Source: Veleropilina oligotropha
Taxonomy: Eukaryota
Assembly: GCA_048128005.1 (NCBI GenBank)
Contig: JBEUKZ010000018.1
Coordinates: forward strand, 248,001-312,000
DNA: 64,000 nt
Reading direction: 5' to 3'
This document shows, piece by piece, positions 1-10,184 of this stretch (its first letter is position 1; the number at the start of each line of letters is the position of its first letter). The position numbers and the translations under genes are program-made. The notes under the pieces were generated by a model. That model did not search any database. It was not told the origin of the DNA and saw only the letters and a program-made list of their open reading frames with translations.

Positions 1-1
1 C

Positions 2-511
2 CATCGCGATCAGGGCATTGTGGAGCGCTTCAACCGGACGCTCGCTGAGCGGCTCTTCGGGCACCAGTATGCAACAGAGATGCGGTTTGCAGAGTCTGCG
101 AAAGAGGGTCAAAGGTCAACTGAGTGGGTCGCCCGGTTAGCAGCTGTAGTTGCGGCCTTGAATGGGGAAGTGACCAGGCTGACCGGTAAAAAGCCCAAGG
201 ACGCCATCAAGGCACCTCGCGTTGCCCAAAAGCCAGGCGCCACTGTTCCAGGCCGACAGGGGAAGGAACAGAAACTCCCCTCTGACGTAGATGTTCGCTA
301 CCTTTACTACGATGGTGAGCTGGAGGGGGGTCATCGCCGTGCTACTGACCCGGTGTGGTCTCTAAAAGTTTACAGGCTTGGACGCTCCGTCACTAAGCCT
401 GACGAGCCTGTGCTCTACTACTTGCTGGATGGACCACCGCGTGGCTTCGTTCGTGAGGAACTTCTCGTGGTGCCTCGTGATACCCAGCTACCGCCGGTTC
501 TCAGGCGTTAA
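2..511 (+). CDS. Retroviral-like (DDE/rve) integrase, C-terminal part, Polinton type; 5'-partial
   Basis: Frame is open from base 2: HRDQGIVERFNRTL carries the catalytic Glu helix of rve integrases. Then W..L..VV.ALN...RLTG.KP and a C-terminal VRY...WS.KVY.L...YYL.D...GFVREELLVV segment typical of Polinton integrases. No chromodomain before TAA at 509-511. Confidence 0.85.
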   Translation, partial: HRDQGIVERFNRTLAERLFGHQYATEMRFAESAKEGQRSTEWVARLAAVVAALNGEVTRLTGKKPKDAIKAPRVAQKPGATVPGRQGKEQKLPSDVDVRYLYYDGELEGGHRRATDPVWSLKVYRLGRSVTKPDEPVLYYLLDGPPRGFVREELLVVPRDTQLPPVLRR

Positions 512-3500
512 CAACCGCAAATCCTCGTTTCCGGTTACATTCCAGACACGTTAAGCGCACGTTGTCGCGGGTGTGGCCCCTGCTGTTGTCCACACGGTCG
601 ACACTGAACTGCTGTGTGTCCTTCGGGGAATATGCCCAGAGCAGCTCTATGTTGCATGCTGCGCAGCGGTTGTTTTGGGCCTCTCTGAGCCGCAGGATGT
701 CGTCGACCTTGAGGTTAAACCCCGGGAGTCCCGTTGCCTGGTCCTGGCGTTTGTACGCCACAAGCTTTTTCTGGATGGTCTTTCGGAGCTGTTGCTCGGT
801 TTGGGGCCGGGGCTTGTCCTCAGAACCCTCATCCGGTGGACAGGTTACCCGTTCGAGCTGACGCAGCAGCTCCACCCGGGACACGGCTAGGTAGGCGAGA
901 TTACTCCACTGAAGGTAGTCGTCGATGATCCAGACTTTCTGTGGGTCGTGAATCGTAAGACCCTGGCTCGAATGGATGGTCAGGGCATAGCCCAGGCGCC
1001 AATCCGGGGTCAGGATAGCCCGCTCAGCGGCCTCAATGGTGACCTCGACGACGTCGTTCAGAACTAGCTCCTCTCTGTCGCTGGTGCCCGGAATGGTTAC
1101 CATGATGTTCTGTTTTCTGCTGTCCCTGGGGTGGTACAGGATAGGCACCATGGAGTCTGGGAAGTGCTCCTTGTGCCTCTGGAGCAACAGCTCTTGAGCC
1201 CGTTCGCGGACCTTCTGACGGCTTGTGAGGATTAGGTCGCCTGGCTTCCAGGTGTTGACGAACCGGTCCCATCCGAGGCAGCTGGGGAGGGTCCGTCGCA
1301 TCTCGTCGCACTGGACTTTGTCGGGCTGGAGACGTATACGTCTTTTCAGGGCTTGGAGGGCAGGGTCGTCTTTCGCCCTGTAGTCTACTTCGATCTCCTC
1401 ATAGTAGTCCGCGGTCTTTCGCAGCCAATCGTGCGGCATCTCGCCCGTAATCGGTGGTGGCTGGCCTTGATCACCACAGCAGATAACCTGCACTTCGTGG
1501 CGGCCCAGCCAGTCCAAGAACATCTCTAGAATAGCCCGGGGAACAGTACAGACCTCGTCCCAGATAATGACGCGCGGGATGAACTTCTGACCCATGCGGT
1601 CAGGCGTCCAGTCATTCTGGCCGCTCCATCGGAAGAAGCTGTGGTAGGTCTGGGCTTTGACGCCTCTGGTCCGCATCTCTTTAGCGAGGCGGTGGGTTGG
1701 TGTGAACACGACGGGATTCCTTGCCCGAAAGAGCTCGATCGCTCTCGTAGTCTTGCCACAGCCCCCTCCACCGTTGAGGTAACTCAGGCGATGGTGGGTC
1801 AGTGTGTCATTGTAGCATGGCGCGGTGCTCGGCTGGCTGGAATTGGCGGCACAACAATACTCTGGCTTGGGTAGGTATGCGGCATGTTCCTGTGGCATAT
1901 ACAGCTGTTCGCCCTTGTCACGCCACTGGGCCGGTGCTACTGGCGGAAGGTACGGCTCCGCGATCAGACATGAGATGCACGATTGGCTGCGACAGCCGCA
2001 GAGTCTGGGGGCAACGTACACCGTGACATCGTCGAGCTTCTCCAACGAGGCCTTCTTGAGGTAGATGCTGTCCGTGGCTACCCGGACGGCTTCTGCTGCA
2101 CTGAAACGCTTCAGCATGCTCAAGAGGTTTATGTGTGCATAGGCCAACATGGATGCCCTCAGGTGGGCGTACTGAGGCTGGGAGCCATCATAGTACGTGA
2201 GGATGTGACCGAGGGGGCATCTCTGAGGAGCGCCAACCAGGGTGCCGCTTTGGCGGGTGTCTCTTACGAGGAAGTCGAGCTCACCCTGGTCGGTCACCAG
2301 TCTACGAGTCAATCTTTTGCCATCGGCTTTGGCGCCTTGGGTGAATTTGCCGATAATGCTGCAGCCCTGGTCACGATTCTCCGGAAGCCAGACATCGGTC
2401 TGGTTTTTGAACGCGATAATGGATTCTCGGATCTTGAGGCTTTTTAGGAGTCCAGATTCTACGAGGAATGCGAGCAGTGGGGTTGGTGCCCATCCATTCT
2501 CTGCAAAGTGCTTTCCGAACCATGCTACAATGACGGGGTGGATGTCTTGTGCGAACTCCCATTCCACGACCTCAGCAAACCCGGTCCCGATATCTTGGGG
2601 TAGAGGACCGTTAATTGCGACCCGGGTCATGCTGTGGAGTGGGTGTCCGAATCTTTCGAAATAGGGCTTAGCCTCGCCCTTCCCCAGAAAGCTTGCAGGG
2701 TAGCAGGATTTCATATTGATGCAGCAGACATCGCCCGTGTCGTAATTCATGGAATTCCACAGGCCGCCGTGGCCATGCTCTACACAGGCCTTCTGGATGT
2801 CATCGAGCAGAGCCGCTGGGGTAGGTTTCCAGCCGTTGGTCTCCTTAGCCATAATGCTAGCTGCATGGTTCACGCCAAAGGCTCGATCGGCTAGGGACTC
2901 GTTCCCCAGCGCTGTACAGGCTTCTTGGAGTCTCTCATGATCATCTTGTGTCCGGTACGTGCGGCCGTCTTGCAGCACGAACTGGTCCACGCCGAGCTGT
3001 CGGTCTTTACCGCCAAGGAGCCAGACAGCTAATGGCTCATTATGTGTGGCTTGTCGGATAGCTTCCCAGACATCGCCCTCGTAGATGTGGACCTCGCGAG
3101 ACTGCGGAAAGTGTAGGTCCTTGGACCAGGCGTGGCCGTTGTGACAGATGAGTTCTATGGACTTCCACATACTGGCCTGGTATTTTCCGCTGTTGAAGAC
3201 GTCCTCGCCGGCGATGTCTCTCAAGACAATCGCCCGTTTGAGGATCTTCTCGAGGATGGATATATCATCCACAGTGGCGCCTGTTACGTGGACTCGCTCT
3301 TCCCACTCCTGTATTTTCTGCCGCCTTGTCGGGGTGAGTCCGTTTCCTCGCAGGGCACCTTCAAAGTGCTCAATCACTCTTTGGGCAACGCAGTTGAGGT
3401 CGCCGTTCTTCATCGGAACCAGATTGGCGGGGTTTGGTTCTCTGAGAGGATAGACGCCGTAGACGACTGCAGTGACCGGGTAGGCGTTCTCGTAGTAGAC

Positions 3501-4337
3501 CTTGTCGACCCCAGTGATAGCACCCGGCTTAGTGTCCTGAGAGATCTCAAAGACACCCTGGCCCTTCTTCCTCGCAGCTTTCACCGGGTCAAACTTGTCT
3601 TCGACCACCCAGTCACCTTCACCCCACTCACGCAAGAACTTTATTCTAAGGACATACTCGCCCTTTGGAAGGGCTGTGAGGAGCTGTGCCGCCCTTGCAT
3701 CTGTCATACGGGCATCCAGGGCCAGCCGTCCAGCCACTTCTACCCTCCATGTGGAGAAAGCCGCCGCAGCGCCATCGACCTCAAACTCGTCTTTGGCGTC
3801 GCTCAAGAGTTCCACCCATGGCTCTTTTGCTGGGAGCCTTACTGGGGGAGGGACCTGGTCATCCAGGTCGATGAATCGTTGTCCCTCGGGTGTGGTAAAT
3901 TGCCCTAGAAGATCCTTCTGGTAGTCCTGGGCTGTCCGGGGCGTTTTGGAGATGAGAAGATCGGGCCCCTTCCGAGCAATAGCATGGGCAAGGGTCTCTT
4001 TCCGAGACCGCTTGACGATTCGATCCGTGATGGCGCGAAGTGGCTTCAGTCGAATCCTGGGATTTTTCTCAGCCTGGGATTCGTATTTACGAGCCTGCAG
4101 GGCGGCGTCGACCTCGTCCTTAATCTGCCGCAACTCGCGAGCACGTCGGCCTCTTTTGTGGGGGTTCTCCACATCTCCACGTATGGAGGGGAACCTTCCC
4201 GTTTTCATCGCCCGCTCGAGTCTGCTCCGAAACTCCGCAGCACGGACCCTGGCGATTGCCCTGACGAGGTCGTGCTTCTTGAGCTTCGACCGAGCGGGAA
4301 TCCCATAATCTTTCGCTAGATTGCGCAGGTCATCCAT
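501..4337 (-). CDS. 1278-aa fusion protein: N-terminal HeH/Rho-N DNA-binding motif + degenerate family-B DNA polymerase + SF1 (RecD/Pif1-like) helicase + C-terminal Zn-binding HNH endonuclease
   Basis: Uninterrupted ORF. N-terminus DLRNLAKDYGIPARSKLKKHDLVRAI (HeH-like). PolB-like motif A INMKSCYP (~2697-2720), motif B-like SIIGKF, motif C VATDSIY (~2061-2081). Helicase motifs GGGGCGKT (~1750-1772), TPTH, TYHSFF, IIWDEV, GDQGQ, YALTIHSSQGLT, YLAVSR. C-terminal CAAC...SVDRVDNSRGHTRDNVRLTCLECN. Confidence 0.88.
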   Translation of the reverse strand: MDDLRNLAKDYGIPARSKLKKHDLVRAIARVRAAEFRSRLERAMKTGRFPSIRGDVENPHKRGRRARELRQIKDEVDAALQARKYESQAEKNPRIRLKPLRAITDRIVKRSRKETLAHAIARKGPDLLISKTPRTAQDYQKDLLGQFTTPEGQRFIDLDDQVPPPVRLPAKEPWVELLSDAKDEFEVDGAAAAFSTWRVEVAGRLALDARMTDARAAQLLTALPKGEYVLRIKFLREWGEGDWVVEDKFDPVKAARKKGQGVFEISQDTKPGAITGVDKVYYENAYPVTAVVYGVYPLREPNPANLVPMKNGDLNCVAQRVIEHFEGALRGNGLTPTRRQKIQEWEERVHVTGATVDDISILEKILKRAIVLRDIAGEDVFNSGKYQASMWKSIELICHNGHAWSKDLHFPQSREVHIYEGDVWEAIRQATHNEPLAVWLLGGKDRQLGVDQFVLQDGRTYRTQDDHERLQEACTALGNESLADRAFGVNHAASIMAKETNGWKPTPAALLDDIQKACVEHGHGGLWNSMNYDTGDVCCINMKSCYPASFLGKGEAKPYFERFGHPLHSMTRVAINGPLPQDIGTGFAEVVEWEFAQDIHPVIVAWFGKHFAENGWAPTPLLAFLVESGLLKSLKIRESIIAFKNQTDVWLPENRDQGCSIIGKFTQGAKADGKRLTRRLVTDQGELDFLVRDTRQSGTLVGAPQRCPLGHILTYYDGSQPQYAHLRASMLAYAHINLLSMLKRFSAAEAVRVATDSIYLKKASLEKLDDVTVYVAPRLCGCRSQSCISCLIAEPYLPPVAPAQWRDKGEQLYMPQEHAAYLPKPEYCCAANSSQPSTAPCYNDTLTHHRLSYLNGGGGCGKTTRAIELFRARNPVVFTPTHRLAKEMRTRGVKAQTYHSFFRWSGQNDWTPDRMGQKFIPRVIIWDEVCTVPRAILEMFLDWLGRHEVQVICCGDQGQPPPITGEMPHDWLRKTADYYEEIEVDYRAKDDPALQALKRRIRLQPDKVQCDEMRRTLPSCLGWDRFVNTWKPGDLILTSRQKVRERAQELLLQRHKEHFPDSMVPILYHPRDSRKQNIMVTIPGTSDREELVLNDVVEVTIEAAERAILTPDWRLGYALTIHSSQGLTIHDPQKVWIIDDYLQWSNLAYLAVSRVELLRQLERVTCPPDEGSEDKPRPQTEQQLRKTIQKKLVAYKRQDQATGLPGFNLKVDDILRLREAQNNRCAACNIELLWAYSPKDTQQFSVDRVDNSRGHTRDNVRLTCLECNRKRGFAVVNA

Positions 4338-4384
4338 GTTGCTGGGGGGGTATACACTAGGATTTCAGTTCTCTAATATGAAAT

Positions 4385-4678
4385 TTACGCGTGGTAAATT
4401 GCAGCCATACGGAGAAACTCTCTCTCGAAGGCTCGATTCTTTCGTCGCCAATCCCTAACGTTCGCAGTCAGATACCCACAGCCCTTACACAGCGTAAACC
4501 GGTTAAAGACGCCCTTCCCGCATTTGATGCAGGGCTTTGTGCCCCGGCCATTTCGCCGTTGCCGAGCCAGGTGGACTTTGCAAAACTCCCTCAAACATCT
4601 CTTACCACATAGCTCCGTGGAGCTGATGGTGAGCCATTGACAGGTATCAGTGCCCCACATATTGATAGCGGTTATCAT
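4385..4678 (-). CDS. Small basic Cys/His-rich (double zinc-finger-like) protein of the element
   Basis: 97 aa, ATG start, directly upstream of and co-oriented with the large ORF. C-x10-C-x3-C-x4-C-x2-H followed by CIKC...CKGC. Confidence 0.55.
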   Translation of the reverse strand: MITAINMWGTDTCQWLTISSTELCGKRCLREFCKVHLARQRRNGRGTKPCIKCGKGVFNRFTLCKGCGYLTANVRDWRRKNRAFEREFLRMAAIYHA

Positions 4679-5330
4679 CGCATATACCAGACTCTAATAG
4701 AGATTATGACACTAAGATATCGAGCCCGGTGCACGGCGAGAAATAACCGGCATGTTAGACGTTGTGTAGTTATACTTGAAAGCAACATGCCACAGGAAGA
4801 CATTATTACGCTGTACAGCGAACGGAGCTTCAGGCGCGTTAAAAACCTCTTAAACCGGGGCTATAACGTTTTGATCGTTGTACTCGACAATGGTGAACAA
4901 GCGATATATAAGAAGAAGACCAAAGACGGTAGAAAGGGAGTTGCACGAAATCAAACTCACCCCCCCTGCTACTGCTCGCATAACTGAGGAGCCCGGGCCG
5001 GCGAGGGTAGTGGGCCGTCCCTGGGGGCTCTATGTCGCTGTACACACGGTAACTTTTTTGTAATACACGATATACCCTGGGGTCTGAAATATAGCTGGGA
5101 GCCTCCACGGCGGCCGCCCCGCCCCTAGTCTAACTCCATAGTTCCCACCAGTACAACCCTATCAGTTCTGAAATGGTGCTGGGCGCTGTATTTTCCCATT
5201 CTAAAAAGTCTACTGACCCCCCCTGCTGCTGAGTTGAGATCCATATTAATTCTGAAAAGGTGCTGGGAGCCTTAATTTCCCTCGCCGCGCCCCCACATAA
5301 AAGGTATGGTCACCCCCCCTGCTGCTGCTT

Positions 5331-5988
5331 CTACTTCTCGGTCTGTGTTGCTCTTGACCCCTACTTCTCAGTCCGTGTGTTGGTCTTGACCCCTACTTCT
5401 CAGTCCGTGTGTTGCTCTTGACCCCTACTTCTCAGTCCGTGTGTTGCTCTTGACCCCTACTTCTCAGTCCGTGTGTTGCTCTTGACCCCTACTTCTCAGT
5501 CCGTGTATTGCTCTTGACCCCTACTTCTCAGTCCGTGTGTTGCTCTTGACCCCTACTTCTCAGTCTGTGTGTTGCTCTTGACCCCTACTTCTCAGTCCGT
5601 GTGTTGCTCTTGACCCCTACTTCTCAGTCCGTGTGTTGCTCTTGACCCCTACTTTTCAGTCCGTGTGTTGCTCTTGACCCCTACTTCTCAGTCCGTGTGT
5701 TGGTCTTGACCCCTACTTCTCAGTCCGTGTGTTGCTCTTGACCCCTACTTCTCAGTCCGTGTGTTGCTCTTGACCCCTACTTCTCAGTCCGTGTGTTGCT
5801 CTTGACCCCTACTTCTCAGTCCGTGTGTTGCTCTTGACCCCTACTTCTCAGTCCGTGTGTTGCTCTTGACCCCTACTTCTCAGTCCGTGTGTTGCTCTTG
5901 ACCCCTACTTCTCAGTCCGTGTGTTGGTCTTGACCCCTACTTCTCAGTCCGTGTGTTGCTCTTGACCCCTACTTCTCAGTCCGTGTGT
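5331..5988. repeat. 32-bp minisatellite, ~20 copies
   Basis: Unit CTACTTCTCAGTCCGTGTGTTGCTCTTGACCC; period 32 (5361, 5393 ... 5521). Confidence 0.95.
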
Positions 5989-6913
5989 TTACGATCTCTT
6001 CTAATTATTTTCTATGCAATGTGTCTTTCAGGAATTATCTGATTGATGCATGCTTTAAACTTCCAAATTACAGAATTATTATTACAGTGTATCTATGAGA
6101 AGGTTTCAATCTGGAGTTTATAATATATATGTTATTTCATTGAATAATCACTATTGCTGTTGTTCGTCGACTGATTTCCGTATATTATGTCTTTAATCTA
6201 TTAAGCTACATCATGTTTTGTGTAAAACGATTTATCAATAAATGTTTCGACAATAGAATCGACCATTCTGAATGCATATGAGATGAGATTAATTGTTAAT
6301 ATACTGGCCACTGACAGATTTATGGGCTCTTGGGATGAATGCATATATGCTGCACATTTTATAGTGTGCGCTTCGGTGCAAAGCGACCATCTATTATATC
6401 GATTTCTGGTGCGTGCTTGATGTGATTAATATTCAATGTTTTTTGTCCCCTGACAAAATCTGAGTTATATAGATCTGCTTCATTGGAATATGTTGTATTT
6501 ACGTTGCATTAACGTTGTCAAATTTCCGACAAATATGCATGTGTGAACTAGCTAGGTGACTAGATCGGAACAGAGGTGAAATATTAGAGACAACAAAGAA
6601 TATTTCAAAATTAACATAAACCTTAGTTGAATCTTGACATATAATTGAATCTGCATGAACGATGTTTCCACTAAATCATCTTACTCCACGGAGATCAGTA
6701 GATGTGCGTACGAAACTTCATGAAGTGTCAAACTATGTCCCAAAAGTAGGTAAAGATGTATCATATATGTTACTACACATCTTTCGGACCATGATTCAAA
6801 CTGTTTGTTGTCAACATGCACATGCAGTTAAAAGACAAATGGGTGAACAGATTCCACCTATAAATCATGAGAAATTAATGTAGTATTGCCCCTGGGTATA
6901 TCTTTGTAATTAT

Positions 6914-7572
6914 CAGGGTTCGCACACGTCCTTGAAAGTCATGGAATTGTATTGATGCTGTTTCAAGACCCTTGAAGTCATTGAAAATCTGGCATTTGGG
7001 CAGAAAGTTTTGGAAAAGTCATTGAATTTTTCTTTTCGTACTTGTTGTTATCTGACTAAAATGTGTCTCTGTGGTGGTTGGAGAATAAATTTTAGCTATA
7101 GTAAAAATGAAATGAACCGAAAACTAAGCATGGTTTGGTTTAGGGTTACCTTTGAACTATTTCGTATGTATGGGATAAACTACTCTATAGCGTTAAATAG
7201 TTCAGAGAAAACACCCCTGTCGAGGCCCACGACAGGAGTGTTTTCTCTGAACTATTCAACGCTATCGAGTAGTTTATGTCACTTAAAACATTTCATCATT
7301 GAACAATAGCCTCATTCCCCACCAGGTACCTCTATTGTAGTTAATTGGAGTGCATTAGTTGAATGGAAGTCTTAATTGCCGTGTATTAGTTGAATGCCTT
7401 TAAACTATTCAACGGCTGGGCCAACAAAGCTTTGTTCTTCGATTGAATAGGCAAAATAAACAACTGCCCAGAACAATAGATGACGTCACAGAAATGTTTT
7501 AACCAGAGATATACCCTTGAAATTCAGAAATTAGTCCTGGAAATTGGTCATTGAAAATCTGTACGAACCTTG
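6914..7572. mobile_element. Probable non-autonomous DNA element with CAGGGTTCG-type termini and an internal hairpin insertion
   Basis: CAGGGTTCGCACAC at 6914 and GTACGAACCTTG at 7561-7572 form imperfect TIRs. Repeated (G)TCATTGAA/CTTGAA subterminal motifs. No clean TSD. Confidence 0.4.
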
Positions 7573-8609
7573 AATTATTAAGTGTTAGGCAGAATATAGA
7601 TTTGTTATTGTGACTTTGTCGTTCTGTACTTTTGTGTTGGTTGAGTCTTCCCAACCTTATTAAATGCTGCTTATGCATCTTATGACATCACAATTCTAAA
7701 ATATACCCTTAATTTTGGAAATAAGTTACTTGTAAAGTACATGTATCTTCTTGTTCAGCAGATGTATGGAGGTTCATTCTTGCCTAGGTAACAACACCAA
7801 GGATCCTTGGTAATGTCCCCCTAGAGCTGTTACTGATATTAAATTAGATACAGATGTATAAAATTCCCATTGAATTCCAATGAAAATCCCATCTTCACAC
7901 TATCTAGATTCCATTACACCATGTCTCAATTTGTCATCAATGACAGGTGCTTGCTTTCATTTAACTGCATCCCCCATCTGACTGGAATTAGGCAGACAGT
8001 TATACCAGACACGCCTCATTAGTGATGACACCCTTGGGGCTATTCTGGTTCTGCATGATGGAACCAGGCACTGGGAGTGTCACCACCCACTCTCTGCAGG
8101 TGGATGTGATGTGTGAGCAGCTCATCATTTACTTGTTTACACAAGCTCCAAATTAAACTTGGCTTTAAGGTCTGGAGGTCACATAATTAATAGAGCATGA
8201 CGATGGTGAACACACTCTCAATGTCCTAAGGTAACTTCACAGTTGGACGGTCATAAAATGAGACATTTTTCTGATATATATATAAGGACATTTTAATGCA
8301 ATGACAGCTATATGGGCTTCTGCACTAGCTGCTGTTTGTTGCATGCCTGCAATGTTTGTAGACGTCTATATTATTATAGTACAGCAGTACGCAACTGTGT
8401 AGAAAACAATGGCTAAAACGACAATTACAATGCAGCATGATTGTGAGCTTGAATATGAGGTTTACACGTATGATTCATAATTACTTCTTTATCGCATTCA
8501 GCATCAATTGACTTCAAATCATGTATGAAATGTCTCCGTTGTGAATCCTGGTCATTTGGGACCATTGAAATAATTGATCTTATTTAAAGGTCCCTGAAAA
8601 GTATGGAAA

Positions 8610-8860
8610 CCCAGTGGGCAAGAGCAAGGCCTCCGATTCACTCACTCTCTCGGCGATGCATTGGAGACACTGGGTTCAAATCCGCGGTTCGGCACATTGT
8701 GCAATCAACAGTCACTTGTCCATAACTGGCCGGTATGGACGGGTTTTTCTGAGGAATCGAGCTTTCCTCTCGCCATAACATGGACATGTCCTGATACGAC
8801 CCTTAAATTGTGAGGCTGTTAAAATGAGACATTAAACATTGATTCAAAACAAACAAAACA
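8610..8860 (+). mobile_element. Degenerate tRNA-derived SINE
   Basis: B-box-like GGGTTCAAATCC, core TTGTCCATAACTGGCCGG...TTTCCTC...GGACATGTCC shared with the 27964/57322 copies, A-rich tail. Confidence 0.55.
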
Positions 8861-10184
8861 TCATAAATATTTGACTATTGATTATTGCTGCTACAAATGC
8901 ACAGAGATTGCATCAATGCATTATATGACTTTATAAACATTCAGAGCCAACTATGTGTATTACTGAAATAATGTTCTGGTAAACTCTTAAATAGTACATT
9001 GTTGCAGAAATTCAATCCCAAGATGTATGGCCGTGTTTTTTTTTCATGTAACAGAGCCATTACTACATGTACAGAGATCACTTCATCTTCGTTGATGTGT
9101 AATGATGACATATTTCTAAGACCTGCTCTTCCGTTCGACAGAATTCATATTTGCACAGATCAATAATCAGGTTATGTTACTTATCATTTTTACGAGTATT
9201 TCTTTACCGCTCTTAAATGGATTTGCTTAATATACACTATTACTATTCATTAAATGCGACGTGGTGTCTTCAGACTCCATGCATTATGCATGTTTTTCGT
9301 GCTTATAATTCAGACGTTGTCGCTACGGCGGAAAATATTGTTGGCCGAGGTTCAAATTTGTGAACGGAATCAATATATCCTGGCACTTGTGATCGTCAGA
9401 CATGAATTTGGTGTGTAGTACTCTTTAAGTCAACGAGTTTTGTTGCGATAGTTAGTAATATTGCTTTCAATATTTATTCATTATTTGCTTACAGTCAATT
9501 GCTTTGTAAAACTCGGTGGCTCGTTCAGGCAAGAGGCGGTGGCTCGTTCACGCAAGAGGCGGTGGCTCGTTCACGCAAGAGGATGGTAACCCTTTAAGCA
9601 CGACGTCGCAATTTTGCGACACCTTTGCCAAAATCATATATAAAAATCACAGCACAGTTTAATAAAGAGGGCACAGTTGATCGAAATCAGAGTTGGAGCG
9701 AGAACAGATATTGATTCGAAAATGTTCAGTGACCCGGATGGACGGTCAGCATCATTTTTGGAGGAGGTGCCCACCTATCTATATAGTTGGCGCTTAAAGA
9801 CGTAATCCTGCTGCTAAATCCTGAAGTGGTGGATATATCATTTACTATCAGGTCATTTTAGTCATGCGCTTTCATATTGTGGAAGTTTTTTATTTAAATC
9901 TTTATTTGATTAATTTTGTTAAATATGAACCCATTGCAAGACCATTACCAATGTTACATTGTATATGTAATGGTATTGCTAGAATTTTGAAAAATGGGAA
10001 GGGTTAAGGGGAGTCAAATGGTATCGATAGTTAGTTACTGAAACGTTACATCTGAATGAGGTACAGCCCATGCGGAAGGAAATTTATTGCTATTTGTTTT
10101 CCAAAATGTCTTCTGCATTTGGAGTGTGAAAGTGTGATTTTGTTATTTGTCTGGCAGCATACTTTTGTTATGATTTTGATTGCT

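Larger units (their letters stand above)
1..5329. mobile_element. Polinton/Tlr1/PLV-like integrated DNA element, right-hand part (truncated by window start)
   Basis: Visibly GC-richer than the flanking host DNA, intronless, tightly packed ORFs. Contains an rve-type integrase and a PolB-SF1 helicase-HNH fusion ORF. Ends in ...CCCCCCCTGCTGCTGCT at 5329 (5'-AGCAGCAGCAG on the minus strand), followed by an unrelated 32-bp tandem array. The other end, TIR partner and TSD are outside the window. Confidence 0.75.

Noticed and set aside
562..4319. Plus-strand ORFs overlapping the 1278-aa gene
   Set aside because: Shadow ORFs expected opposite a GC-rich coding sequence; no recognisable motifs.
501..4337. 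Helitron Rep-helicase
   Set aside because: An SF1 helicase is present, but I see no HUH/Y2 Rep motifs. PolB-like motifs and a neighbouring rve integrase point to Polinton/Tlr1-like elements.
1..5329. Bacterial contamination or prophage
   Set aside because: Despite the higher GC, the integrase is of the eukaryotic Polinton/rve type and the island ends in a transposon-like terminus contiguous with host repeats. Read-level confirmation is still needed.
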